Assembly (NCBI GenBank): GCA_033762115.1
Contig: JANRLX010000036.1
Span: 1-43,408, forward strand
Reading direction: 5' to 3'
Length of the DNA stretch: 43,408 nt
Source: Verrucomicrobiota bacterium
GTDB lineage: Bacteria > Verrucomicrobiota > Verrucomicrobiia > Limisphaerales > SXQI01
Shown: positions 27,140-36,309 of the stretch, one piece after another
Layout: each line of letters opens with the position of its first letter
Numbering within the stretch: position 1 is the first letter of the stretch
Notes under the pieces: model-generated
Seen by the model: the letters and a program-made list of their open reading frames with translations, nothing else
Database searches by the model: none
What the model was told of the DNA's origin: nothing
Translations under genes and position numbers: made by a program

Positions 27140-28630
27140 ATGGCCTTGACTGACAATCTGGTTGGCCGTTGGAAGTTCGACGAATCGAGCGGGAATGCGG
27201 CAGACTCCAGCGGTAATGGCAATACGTTGACCAATAATGGCACGGTGCCATACGTGGCAGGGGCATTGGGAAATGCGGCGGATTTCAGCGGGACCAGTGG
27301 GCAGTATTTTTCGCGAGGGTCATTAACAGGAAGCACACTTGCCGGATCGATCACCATTTCTGCGAGGGTAAAACTAGGTGGCAGCGGCAACAGCCAGGTC
27401 ATTGCCAATCTGAACGCATTCGACATCGAACTTGCAATCACCTCACTGGACGCGGTGATTGCCTATTACAAAGCGGGAGCGAATCAGGTCTCGACGGTCA
27501 ATGGCGCGATCACGGCAGACGGGCTTTATCACAACATAATCTTCCGCGTGACGGCGTCTGCAATCTCCATCAGCGTTGACAACGACTCTTACTATGCCGG
27601 GGCGACCAATGGGCAATCACTCAGTTCCGCGAACGGTACATTGCAGATCGGGCGATCTGTTTTTTCAGATCGGTACCTTCGATCTGATGTTTGTGAAATT
27701 GCGATTTGGGACCGGGAATTGACTGCGGGGGAAGAGGCCACGTTATACAACGACGGTGCGTTCCTGGATGATTGGAGTGGGGGCGGCGGCGGGCCGCAAA
27801 CGATCACCTGTAGCGGGATTGCGTCCGGGGAAGCATTTGGCACAGCCACGCTGAACCAGCAGATTCAGGGAAGCGGGATCGGGAGCGCTGAAGCATTTGG
27901 GACGGCGGCATTGCATCAGCAACTCCAATGCAATGGCATTGCCAGCGGCGAAGCGTTTGGCATCGTCACACTGAATCAACAGATTCAAGGGAGTGGGATT
28001 GGGTCGGGCGAAGCGTTTGGCACGGCCACGTTGCAACAAAGAATCCAGTGCAATGGGATTGGGAGTGGAGAGACTTTTGGTGGGGCAACAATTGGCTTTT
28101 CCCAGCCGCAAACGATCATCTGCAGCGGGATTGCATCCGGGGAAGCATTTGGCTTGGGGACGATCAGCAACCGAAAGAGGAGTGTGAAAAACCAGATCAT
28201 GACCCGGATCGTGAGCAACCTCATGGTCCTGAAAAGTGTGGCCAATCCGGTGCCGATGGGTCGGTTCCGATTGATCGAGCGGAGCATTGACATGCTGGCG
28301 AGCGATAAGGCACGCCCGGCGCTTTATATTTACGACGAACCGGAGGAAACGATTGCCCAGGACAATCGGGGTCGAACCTTCACCTTCAATGTCGCGATGA
28401 AAATCCTGATCGATGGGAGCGATATTGCGGACAAGAAAGATGATTACGTGGCGGAGGTGCAACGGATCATCGAGAGCGATCCGCAACTGGGCGGGTTGTG
28501 TGACACGATTGAGGGAGGGGAAGAACAGCCGTATTTGCAGGCGAGCGAGAACAGTCAATTGGGAGGGGCGTTGCTGCAGTATCGGATTCAGTATCGGCGG
28601 GTTCTTGGAGATCCGTATTTCACCTACTAA
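27140..28630 (+). CDS. LamG domain + 20-aa repeats + tail-terminator (gpU-like) domain fusion
   Basis: LVGRWKFDESSGNAADSSGNG..EIAIWDRELT (LamG); 6x GIxSxExFG; C-terminal ARPALYIYDEPEE...VQRIIESDPQLGGL...YRIQYR. Confidence 0.7.
   Translation: MALTDNLVGRWKFDESSGNAADSSGNGNTLTNNGTVPYVAGALGNAADFSGTSGQYFSRGSLTGSTLAGSITISARVKLGGSGNSQVIANLNAFDIELAITSLDAVIAYYKAGANQVSTVNGAITADGLYHNIIFRVTASAISISVDNDSYYAGATNGQSLSSANGTLQIGRSVFSDRYLRSDVCEIAIWDRELTAGEEATLYNDGAFLDDWSGGGGGPQTITCSGIASGEAFGTATLNQQIQGSGIGSAEAFGTAALHQQLQCNGIASGEAFGIVTLNQQIQGSGIGSGEAFGTATLQQRIQCNGIGSGETFGGATIGFSQPQTIICSGIASGEAFGLGTISNRKRSVKNQIMTRIVSNLMVLKSVANPVPMGRFRLIERSIDMLASDKARPALYIYDEPEETIAQDNRGRTFTFNVAMKILIDGSDIADKKDDYVAEVQRIIESDPQLGGLCDTIEGGEEQPYLQASENSQLGGALLQYRIQYRRVLGDPYFTY
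27794..28165 (+). repeat. Six ~60-bp coding tandem repeats
   Basis: GIxSxExFG at ~27815, 27875, 27935, 27995, 28055, 28127. Confidence 0.85.
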
Positions 28631-28721
28631 GCGAAATGCTCTTTTGCTCCCCAGCTTTGTTGCTCGCTTGGTCACAGGTCATCAGGCGCCGCGCTGGATG
28701 AACGATTTTTAAAAATACCTC

Positions 28722-28749
28722 TTGAAAAACCCAACGGGTTGGGTATTCT
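28722..28749 (+). promoter_or_regulatory. sigma70-like promoter with palindromic operator in the spacer
   Basis: TTGAAA-N16-TATTCT containing ACCCAAC-GG-GTTGGGT; ATG 7 nt after the -10 element. Confidence 0.65.
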
Positions 28750-28756
28750 GGCTGCA

Positions 28757-29047
28757 ATGAAACTGACAATTGATCAAATCATCGCCAAATACGGAATTGA
28801 AAACCCTTCCGCGATGGCGGAGTCCGGTTGCTCCGCCGCGGAATACAACGCAGCGGTCGCTCGCAATAGCGAGCGCGTCCGCAAAATGAGCGACGAGGAA
28901 TACCGAGTTTATATCGCTCCGCGCAACGAACAGATTCTTGAGGATTTGGTCGAGGCCGAGGAAGCACAGGCCCGCGATACCATCAGCGGTGAAGAGTTGA
29001 TCCAGAATCACGATATGCGCCGCGTTGATGAATCTCCAAGGGGCTGA
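28757..29047 (+). CDS. Small acidic hypothetical protein (moron)
   Basis: 96 aa, E/D-rich, has its own promoter. Confidence 0.6.
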   Translation: MKLTIDQIIAKYGIENPSAMAESGCSAAEYNAAVARNSERVRKMSDEEYRVYIAPRNEQILEDLVEAEEAQARDTISGEELIQNHDMRRVDESPRG

Positions 29048-29125
29048 ATGAATCGTCTCTCCAATTCTGATCGTTGCCGAGTCCTCGCCTGCCTTGTAGA
29101 GGGCAATCGCCAAAAAGACTGTTGC
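29048..29125 (+). pseudogene. Relic of an IS1-family-like transposase N-terminus
   Basis: MNRLSNSDRCRVLACLVEGN followed out of frame by IAKKTV. Confidence 0.6.
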
Positions 29126-29335
29126 CTACTCTCGACCTTTTTAAACAGCGGGCGTTCCGGCCCGCTGATTCCCTTCACCGAAGCCGTTCCCCTTGCTTCC
29201 TCGTCATAGGCCGCTTCGTCATGCAGCATCGCTTCAGAATCCTGGGCGGCATAGCATAAAGCTCGTAGGGCTGTGCCACATCGCAGCCCAGTCCTCCCAA
29301 GTATTGGTCCTCTCGCCTCAAGTCCCTGCGGAGGA

Positions 29336-29507
29336 TTACAAAGCCTCTGCAAAGAGGCTCGCGGGCGAGCGTTTCTTTTTTGGCCTGCCACCGAGTTTTG
29401 CATTACGCCTAGCTGCCGCCGCCTTTCTCCTGGACGTTGTACTTCCGCCTTGGCTGGCGAACATCGCCGCCGCGTTGATCTCTCCACCGCAATGAGGGCA
29501 TTTCATA
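29336..29507 (-). CDS. Small basic CxxC + GGRP protein (putative DNA-binding)
   Basis: MKCPHCGGEINAAAMFASQGGSTTSRRKAAAARRNAKLGGRPKKK. Confidence 0.65.
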
Positions 29508-29593
29508 CGCTCGCAAATTATCATTTTTCAAAGTAGCCCACTACCGAAAAAACGACAGAGCAAGGAACGGCGCGACCATTAAAACTTTTTTTG

Positions 29594-29626
29594 CGAAAGT
29601 TGCTTCAATTACTTCACCCCGATTTG
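29594..29626 (+). promoter_or_regulatory. Putative late-promoter activator site, copy 2
   Basis: Identical 33-mer to 16733-16765, upstream of resumed structural genes. Confidence 0.7.
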
Positions 29627-29672
29627 CCTTGCGGTAAATTCCCCCATTGAATTGCGATTCGTAGAAGATCGC

Positions 29673-30269
29673 ATGCTCTCCGAATACCTCAGAACCGTTG
29701 CCACTCCCGCAAATGCGGGGGATTGGCGACAACAATTTGCCGGGAGCTTTCGCGCCGATGGGGATGGGGTGGGCGCGTTGCTGGTCAAGGAAGGCGCATT
29801 CACCGGGCAAAGCATCGGCACTCAGAACGAATTCGACACGGCCAAGGCCGAGGGGACGATTGATGACCTGATCCGCCTTGGCACCTGCCTGAGCGGGACA
29901 GCTCCGAACCTGCTTGCGCGAGCGGTGCGGAATGTGGGAACGAGCCTGGCAACGATGGGACGGATCGAATCCCTTCTGCCTGGAGCGGTGAGGAATATGC
30001 AAACGGCGGCGGGAGGGTCGATGTCGGTCAACCAGGTGTATAACTACGCGGTTTCAAACCCATTGGGCGAATCGATCACCCTTCCCGGCACACCGGCATT
30101 TGGCGACCAGGTCGATATCACCAACGAAGGCTATTTGACCCCGTGCAACCTGCACATTGTGAAACATGCGAACCAGGGGGGCGGTGACCTTTGGAGCTAC
30201 GCACAATCGGGAGTTTTCTATTTCACGACATTTTTCAACGGGGTGGAGTGGATAATTTTACAAAGCTGA
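29673..30269 (+). CDS. Putative fibre/appendage protein
   Basis: C-terminal ITLPGTPAFGDQVDI...FNGVEWII fibre-type domain. Confidence 0.55.
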   Translation: MLSEYLRTVATPANAGDWRQQFAGSFRADGDGVGALLVKEGAFTGQSIGTQNEFDTAKAEGTIDDLIRLGTCLSGTAPNLLARAVRNVGTSLATMGRIESLLPGAVRNMQTAAGGSMSVNQVYNYAVSNPLGESITLPGTPAFGDQVDITNEGYLTPCNLHIVKHANQGGGDLWSYAQSGVFYFTTFFNGVEWIILQS

Positions 30270-30275
30270 AAATTT

Positions 30276-31493
30276 ATGTCGATGACACAAGGACAATTCG
30301 AAGCGGCGATTGCGGATGGGCGCTGGGCTGACCTGCTCAAGGAAAGCTTTTTCCGCGATCCGACAACCGGGAACGTTCATCAGCGGGTGGCGGTGGGATC
30401 GGCCCAAAGCACCTTTGGGAGCGCAGGACGGGGAGCGGCGTTCGACCCGAGCGTTGCAGGCATTGTCGCGCTGATTTTGAGCGGGACCGATGCGAACATT
30501 GATTTGCAACTGGACGGCAAAGGGACAGGCGGGATTGATCTGGTCAAACTGGCCAAGCCATTAACCCAGGGGCGGAAGTGGCATCCGTTACTCCTCTCTG
30601 GCGGGTATGTGGCGAAAGCGGCCAGCGACGTGACCGGGCTCAACGATCCGTTCGGCCTTTGCGTGCTCCCGAGCGGATTGATTGCGGTCTCCAATTCCAA
30701 CGGCGGAAACGTCTCGATTGTCAATCCAGCGAAAGGAACGGTGCTGGCGACCGTGACGGTGGGAACGAGCCCGCGGGAGATTTGTTTTTCGGCAACGAGC
30801 AACCGGCTCTACGTCGCGAACTTCACCTCCGGAACGGTGAGCGTGATCAATCCCGACAACTGGACGGTGGTGGCGACGTTGACGGTGGGAACGAACCCGC
30901 TTGGTTGCGTGTGGATCCCGAGCACCAACACAGTCTATGTGAGCAACTCGGCGGCTGATAGTGTCAGCGTGATCGATTGTGCGACCGCGGCGGTGACCGC
31001 GACGATCACGACGGGGATTGGCGATTTTCCCAACAAGTTCGTTTTCTGCCCGTTGAATGGGAATGTCTATCTGACCTGCAACAACGAAACAACAGTCAAG
31101 GTCATCTCCCCGAGCAACAACACCGTGAGCACCTCGATTACAGTAGGCACGGCGCCGGGGGGGATTTGCTACAGCCATCGCAACGAACGGATTTACGTGG
31201 CCAACGTGACGAGTGGCAATATTTCCGTGATCAACCCGAACACCAATACCGTGACGGCGACGATCACAGCGAGCTCCGGGGTGGATGGCCTTTGCATCAA
31301 TGCGGCGACCGATCTGCTTTATGCGGTGGTGGGGAGCGGTAATACCGTGCTGATCTTCAACCCGGCCACGACCACCCAATACCCGAGTTTGACCGGCCAG
31401 GGATCGGGGCCGCGCGGGATCGCCTTCGTGCCGCACCTTGGCGGGGTGGCATTCTGCGCGTTGAGCGATGACAAACTGGTGACCCTTTCCTGA
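30276..31493 (+). CDS. YVTN/YncE-type beta-propeller putative receptor-binding protein
   Basis: ~7 repeats of the LYVANxxSGTVSVINP...VGTxP type; SGTDANIDLQLDGKGTG fibre linker. Confidence 0.8.
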   Translation: MSMTQGQFEAAIADGRWADLLKESFFRDPTTGNVHQRVAVGSAQSTFGSAGRGAAFDPSVAGIVALILSGTDANIDLQLDGKGTGGIDLVKLAKPLTQGRKWHPLLLSGGYVAKAASDVTGLNDPFGLCVLPSGLIAVSNSNGGNVSIVNPAKGTVLATVTVGTSPREICFSATSNRLYVANFTSGTVSVINPDNWTVVATLTVGTNPLGCVWIPSTNTVYVSNSAADSVSVIDCATAAVTATITTGIGDFPNKFVFCPLNGNVYLTCNNETTVKVISPSNNTVSTSITVGTAPGGICYSHRNERIYVANVTSGNISVINPNTNTVTATITASSGVDGLCINAATDLLYAVVGSGNTVLIFNPATTTQYPSLTGQGSGPRGIAFVPHLGGVAFCALSDDKLVTLS

Positions 31494-31520
31494 ACAACCG
31501 AAACCCAATTTTACAACTTT

Positions 31521-31706
31521 ATGATCGCAATCCGAACTGACGCTGAAGGAAACATTTTGGCATGGGGCGACCCGAACGAAGTGCGCAACGGGACGAATTA
31601 TTCCGGAACTTTGCCGGACGATTTCACAGCGACGGCGAGCCTGGGCAAGTACCAGTTCGACGGGGAAGCCATTCATGAAGTCCCCGGCTTTACCATGCCG
31701 GAGTAA
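31521..31706 (+). CDS. Small fibre-associated/assembly protein
   Basis: 61-aa acidic ORF after the putative RBP. Confidence 0.55.
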   Translation: MIAIRTDAEGNILAWGDPNEVRNGTNYSGTLPDDFTATASLGKYQFDGEAIHEVPGFTMPE

Positions 31707-31722
31707 CCCACTCTAAAAATTT

Positions 31723-32730
31723 ATGGAACGCACCAAACGCGGATTATTGCTCGCGAAAACTGAAGCGACCTATGCGGTCGATCCGATCCCCACAGCCACG
31801 GCCAACGTCATCACGACGATGCGGGGAGAGGTGACCTTCAGTGTTGAAACCGATTCGGTGATCCGGGAAATACTGGATGGGGGGATTGGCCAGGTGGCAG
31901 GCGAAAACGCGATGCCGCGAATCAAGCTCAATTTCAAATGCGAACTGCGCGGCAACCGGACGGACGGGGTGACGGCAGACATTTCCAAGGGAGCGATTGC
32001 CAATGCCATCGAACTCGATCCCCTGCTCCAGGCGTGCGACATGGCGGCGACTTATACCGCCGAGACCACCAATGGAGCGCGGGACGGTTTCGTAACCTAC
32101 AAACCGACGATCCCAACCGACCAGGGAAAAGGAGTGACCTTCTGGTTCTACACGGAAAAGAAACTGCACAAGGTGGTGGGTTGCAAAGGGACGTTCAAAA
32201 TCAGCCTGACAGCGGGCAAGTTCGGCGTGATCGAATTCGAATTTCGCGGTCGATGGGTGCTGCCGATTGACAATGGCGGTTTTCCGCCCAATGCGGTGTT
32301 CCAGGACACGAAACCGCCGCTTTTCCAGACGAGCTTTACCACGCTGGATGCGTGGGGCGGCGCGACGTTCGACGTGATCGACTGCGACCTTGGCAATGCG
32401 GTGACGCTGAGGCCGGATGCCAATTCGGTGGATGCAGTGGCCGGGTTTATAATCACGGGGCGGCAGAGCAAAGGGAGCATCAACCCGGAAAGCGTTGCGG
32501 AAGGAACGCACCCGGTCTGGAACGATTTTCATACCGGCAAAGTAAAAACGCTGGTGACTCGGCTGGGCATCAACACGGGGAACATGATGACCGTGACGGT
32601 GAGCGCGCAGCAACGGCAGGTCAGTTACGGCGACCGGGAGGGGAACCGGATCACACCGATCAATTTCGATATTGTGCGCAGCGCGTTGAGCACGACGCTG
32701 GGCAATGATTTTCAACTGAAATTTCATTAA
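31723..32730 (+). CDS. Major tail tube protein (siphovirus)
   Basis: LLLAKTEATYAVDPIPT, LDPLLQAC, GCKGTFKI..IEFEFRG, DLGNAV; precedes chaperone and tape measure; no sheath gene seen. Confidence 0.8.
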   Translation: MERTKRGLLLAKTEATYAVDPIPTATANVITTMRGEVTFSVETDSVIREILDGGIGQVAGENAMPRIKLNFKCELRGNRTDGVTADISKGAIANAIELDPLLQACDMAATYTAETTNGARDGFVTYKPTIPTDQGKGVTFWFYTEKKLHKVVGCKGTFKISLTAGKFGVIEFEFRGRWVLPIDNGGFPPNAVFQDTKPPLFQTSFTTLDAWGGATFDVIDCDLGNAVTLRPDANSVDAVAGFIITGRQSKGSINPESVAEGTHPVWNDFHTGKVKTLVTRLGINTGNMMTVTVSAQQRQVSYGDREGNRITPINFDIVRSALSTTLGNDFQLKFH

Positions 32731-32736
32731 TCGCTT

Positions 32737-33114
32737 ATGAGCAAGGACCAGAAAAAACCGACGCCGCTTTTGACTGCGCAGGACATTGACCAGGGCTATA
32801 AAACGATCCAGGTTGAAACTCTCGCCGGTGAACTGATCAATCTGAAACTTAATTCGGTGCCGTGGCGCAAGCGGCAAGAACTCACCCTGAGCTACAACGC
32901 CACATTTGATTCCTTCATTTTTGTCCAGGCCACACTCGATCATTCCACCCCTGAAGCCCTGATGAACAACCTTGATGCTGCTTCGGTCAACAAGGTGATT
33001 GAGACGGCAACAGCCCTTGTCATGGGGGTCTCCCATCAAAAAAAAATTGCAGCGATTGCCGCTCAACTGATGGAGACGAGTGGCTCGCGTGGTGGCGTGC
33101 TGAATGCCGCCTGA
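32737..33114 (+). CDS. Tail assembly chaperone (gpG-like)
   Basis: Position; A9 slippery run at 33038-33046. Confidence 0.7.
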   Translation: MSKDQKKPTPLLTAQDIDQGYKTIQVETLAGELINLKLNSVPWRKRQELTLSYNATFDSFIFVQATLDHSTPEALMNNLDAASVNKVIETATALVMGVSHQKKIAAIAAQLMETSGSRGGVLNAA

Positions 33115-33371
33115 TTACGGCAGGATTTTTGGATGCGCCGAACTGGAGCGCGTCCAAGATCGTAATGGTTTTACAAATTCTGGCAGAACAGGAACTGGAA
33201 AAATCTACCATGCAATTGATCATCAATGCGTGCGCCCAGGACGGCAAGGCGGCCACAGAATGCCTGGAAAATCTAAGAAGCCAGCGCGATGACCTTTTTC
33301 CAAGGGCCAACCAGGAACACCAGGTAAGCCCACACACCCTTGAACAATTGAAAGCTCTCATGAATGAGTGA
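33039..33371 (+). CDS. gpT-like -1 frameshift extension of the tail assembly chaperone
   Basis: -1 frame open from the A-run (KNCSDCRSTDGDEWLAWW...) to TGA 33371 overlapping the tape measure start. Confidence 0.7.
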   Translation, partial: KKNCSDCRSTDGDEWLAWWRAECRLITAGFLDAPNWSASKIVMVLQILAEQELEKSTMQLIINACAQDGKAATECLENLRSQRDDLFPRANQEHQVSPHTLEQLKALMNE

Positions 33372-36309
33372 CCAGCGACTTCAATATCTGATCGAACTGG
33401 TCAAGCGTGGCGATGGCGCTCAGGCAGCGGTCAGCGATCTTAAAGCGGTCGAAACTGCTTTCGGGAAAACCAGCAATGCGGCCAATCAGATGCGCGATGC
33501 GTTGCGAGGCGCGTTAGCCGGTGTGACTGCGGGGATTCTCGTGAGGGAAATGCTCCAGGCGACCGTGAGCATGGAACGGATGCAGGGAGCGTTGCGGAGT
33601 GTCACTGGCAGCAGCCAGGCAGCGGGCAAAGAATTTGAATTTGTTACACGAGAAGCAAAACGGCTGGGTCTGGATTTGGAAAAGACTGCAGCCGGTTACG
33701 TGAGCCTTACAGCAGCAGCCCGAGGGACTGCGCTGGAAGGGAAACAAACCCGTGACCTGTTTACCGGCATTGCGGAAGCCTCGGCAGCACTGCGACTGAG
33801 CGCCGATCAAACGCAGGGGGCATTGATCGCGGTCCAACAGGTGTTGAGCAAGGGAACAGTCAGCGCGGAAGAATTGCGCGGGCAATTGGGGGAACGATTG
33901 CCGGGGGCGTTCAACCTGGCGGCGCAGGCGATGGGAGTCACGACCGCAGAATTGGGAAAAATGCTGGAGCGTGGCGAAGTTGTGGCTGCTGATTTCCTGC
34001 CTCGGCTTGCGGCGGAACTGCATAAAACGTTTGGGCCGGAAGCGGAGCAAACCGCCAAAGCACTATCCGGTGTTATTGCAAACCTACGCACTGAGTTCTT
34101 TCAGTTAAAATCAGCATTTGGCGGCCAGAATGAAGGAGCGTTTAAAGACTTGTTTGGGTTGACCACTAATAGCCTCGTGATGATTCGAGAGCACAAGGAA
34201 GCGGTCCAGGCATTGGCGGTCGTGGTGGGATCGAGCGCGGTTGTGCTCGCAGCGGTCAAACTCAGCGCGGATGCAGCGGCTCTTAGTGTGGGAATGTTTG
34301 GGGCAGCCTGGCTCAAATCAGCGGCGGATGTGCAGGCAGCAACGACATTGATTGCAACATCGAACGCGACGATGGCGGCGTCAATGGCGGTAGGCATCGC
34401 AGGATCAGTCGCAGGCGTTTATACACTGGTGGAAGCCTACCGAATGCTTCAAGCCCAGATGGAGGAAGCAGAATCCAAGGGAAACCTTGAGCAACTCAAT
34501 CTAGCGCGCCGAGCCCAGACAGAGCGCGAGATTGATCGACGTGCGGCAGAACCCGCAACCAGTTCAACCCATTTACCTGCGGTGGAAGCCGAACGCCTAA
34601 AGAAAGAACTGGATGCCGCCTTTACCCCCAAACCCAAAGTGATCGAGATGGGGAACCTGCCTTTGATGGCACCGGTTGGCAACACGACCCGAATTATCAA
34701 CCAACGCGACACCTCGGCGGAAGAGAAAGCATTGCGGGACACGGCGGCATTTTTAAACCCTTCCGCATTTCGCAAGCCCGCGCCGGACGTTCCTACGGCT
34801 TCAGGCAGCTCAAAAAAGGCAGAGGATAATCGAGCGGAGATCGAGTCCAAAGCGGTTGAGCATCTTGCTTCGCTTAAGAGCCGGATGCATGTGGAAAGCC
34901 TTTCCGGGTTGGAACAGGAACATGCGCGGATCCAAGCGAATTACCAAGCTCGGCAACAACAGATCGAGACAGAGGGGAAGATACTCAATCTGCAAACGGA
35001 GGAACTGGCGCAACTCCACAGCCTCAACCTTGCGGTGAAGCAGCAGGAAGAATCGGAGGCCAGGGCCAAAGTGATTGCCCAGGAAAAAGCGGAAGCGCGT
35101 CGCAAAGAGGCTGAGATGGCGCGGGAAGCCGGGCAGGCCATCGAAACGATGGAACAGCAGCTCACGAGCACGGCGATTGGGAGCAGCGAAACACGAGTGG
35201 CGCGGGCAGAGCGTGAGTTCAATGCGCGAATCGTTTTCTACGACGAACTTTTCGTGAAAGGGAAAATCACGGAAGAAAAGCTGATGGAACTTTCGCTGCA
35301 GGCGGGGAACAAACGGAAAGAGATGCTTTATGCAGCAGCTGAGGAAGGGCAGGTCGAAGCGGAAAAATTATCCGCCCGGCAAAAAGGAATCTGGGAAGAG
35401 CAGACCGTCGAGATCAGGCGGCAGTTCGAGCGGCGGCGGGAGAATTTGGAAGCGTATTACGCGCTGGAACTGGACCGAGCCCAGGGGAATGCAGACCGGA
35501 TCCGAGAAATCGAAAGCCAAAAGACAGCGCACATGCGGCAGTTGTCCGCACAGGAAGCGTTCGAGACCAACGAATTAAGCGTCCGGATGCGGGAGGTAGG
35601 ACGAGATGCTCAAGTTCAATTTGCAGGCGGATTAGCGCGCAGTTTTACCTCGATCATCGAAGGCTCTAAAAACGCGAAGGAAGCGTTCAGGGATTTTGCA
35701 GCCAGCTTCCTGAAACAAGTGGCCGAGATGATCATGCAGACACTGATCCTGATGGCGGTCCAGAGGGCAGTCGGAATGATTTTCCCAACTCCCGTTCCCA
35801 ATGTAGCCGCGCTAGGTGGTATTTTTCCCTCCCCGATATTTGCGGCGCATGGGGCATTGGCGTTGGGGGGTCCGATTCCGGGTGTGGGGGAAGTGTCGCA
35901 GGAAACGTATCTCCCCAAATTCAACGTGATTGCGGGGGAAGCGGGGCGCGAGATTTTAACGGTGCTGGCGCAACCGCACATGGCGGAGATCAACGGCGTT
36001 CGGGCGATGCTGGGGAATGCGCAGGGCCGGAAACTTGCGATTCTTTCAGCGGCAGACCTGCCGCATCTGGCACCGCCGAAAATGATGTCGCTGGGCGGGA
36101 TGATTGGCGGGGGCTCATTGAGCGCGGCAACCAGCAGCGGCCCATCCTCGCCAATGCCACAGGGGAAGATCGAAATCGTGGTGCGTCCGGACCGTGGGGC
36201 GGAAGCAGCGATCACCCACAATGCAATCGAAGGGGCGTTGGCGCGTGTGACGAACGAACTGACCGTTGACTCGGCAATCAGCCAAAATGTGAAACGGCTC
36301 AACGCATGA
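33364..36309 (+). CDS. Tape measure protein
   Basis: QQVLSKGTVSAEELRGQLGERLPGA domain, Ala-rich coiled coil, 981 aa. Confidence 0.92.
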   Translation: MSDQRLQYLIELVKRGDGAQAAVSDLKAVETAFGKTSNAANQMRDALRGALAGVTAGILVREMLQATVSMERMQGALRSVTGSSQAAGKEFEFVTREAKRLGLDLEKTAAGYVSLTAAARGTALEGKQTRDLFTGIAEASAALRLSADQTQGALIAVQQVLSKGTVSAEELRGQLGERLPGAFNLAAQAMGVTTAELGKMLERGEVVAADFLPRLAAELHKTFGPEAEQTAKALSGVIANLRTEFFQLKSAFGGQNEGAFKDLFGLTTNSLVMIREHKEAVQALAVVVGSSAVVLAAVKLSADAAALSVGMFGAAWLKSAADVQAATTLIATSNATMAASMAVGIAGSVAGVYTLVEAYRMLQAQMEEAESKGNLEQLNLARRAQTEREIDRRAAEPATSSTHLPAVEAERLKKELDAAFTPKPKVIEMGNLPLMAPVGNTTRIINQRDTSAEEKALRDTAAFLNPSAFRKPAPDVPTASGSSKKAEDNRAEIESKAVEHLASLKSRMHVESLSGLEQEHARIQANYQARQQQIETEGKILNLQTEELAQLHSLNLAVKQQEESEARAKVIAQEKAEARRKEAEMAREAGQAIETMEQQLTSTAIGSSETRVARAEREFNARIVFYDELFVKGKITEEKLMELSLQAGNKRKEMLYAAAEEGQVEAEKLSARQKGIWEEQTVEIRRQFERRRENLEAYYALELDRAQGNADRIREIESQKTAHMRQLSAQEAFETNELSVRMREVGRDAQVQFAGGLARSFTSIIEGSKNAKEAFRDFAASFLKQVAEMIMQTLILMAVQRAVGMIFPTPVPNVAALGGIFPSPIFAAHGALALGGPIPGVGEVSQETYLPKFNVIAGEAGREILTVLAQPHMAEINGVRAMLGNAQGRKLAILSAADLPHLAPPKMMSLGGMIGGGSLSAATSSGPSSPMPQGKIEIVVRPDRGAEAAITHNAIEGALARVTNELTVDSAISQNVKRLNA

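Noticed and set aside
27794..28165. CRISPR array or DGR template/variable repeat
   Set aside because: In-frame coding repeats without spacers; differences are not adenine-specific; no reverse transcriptase
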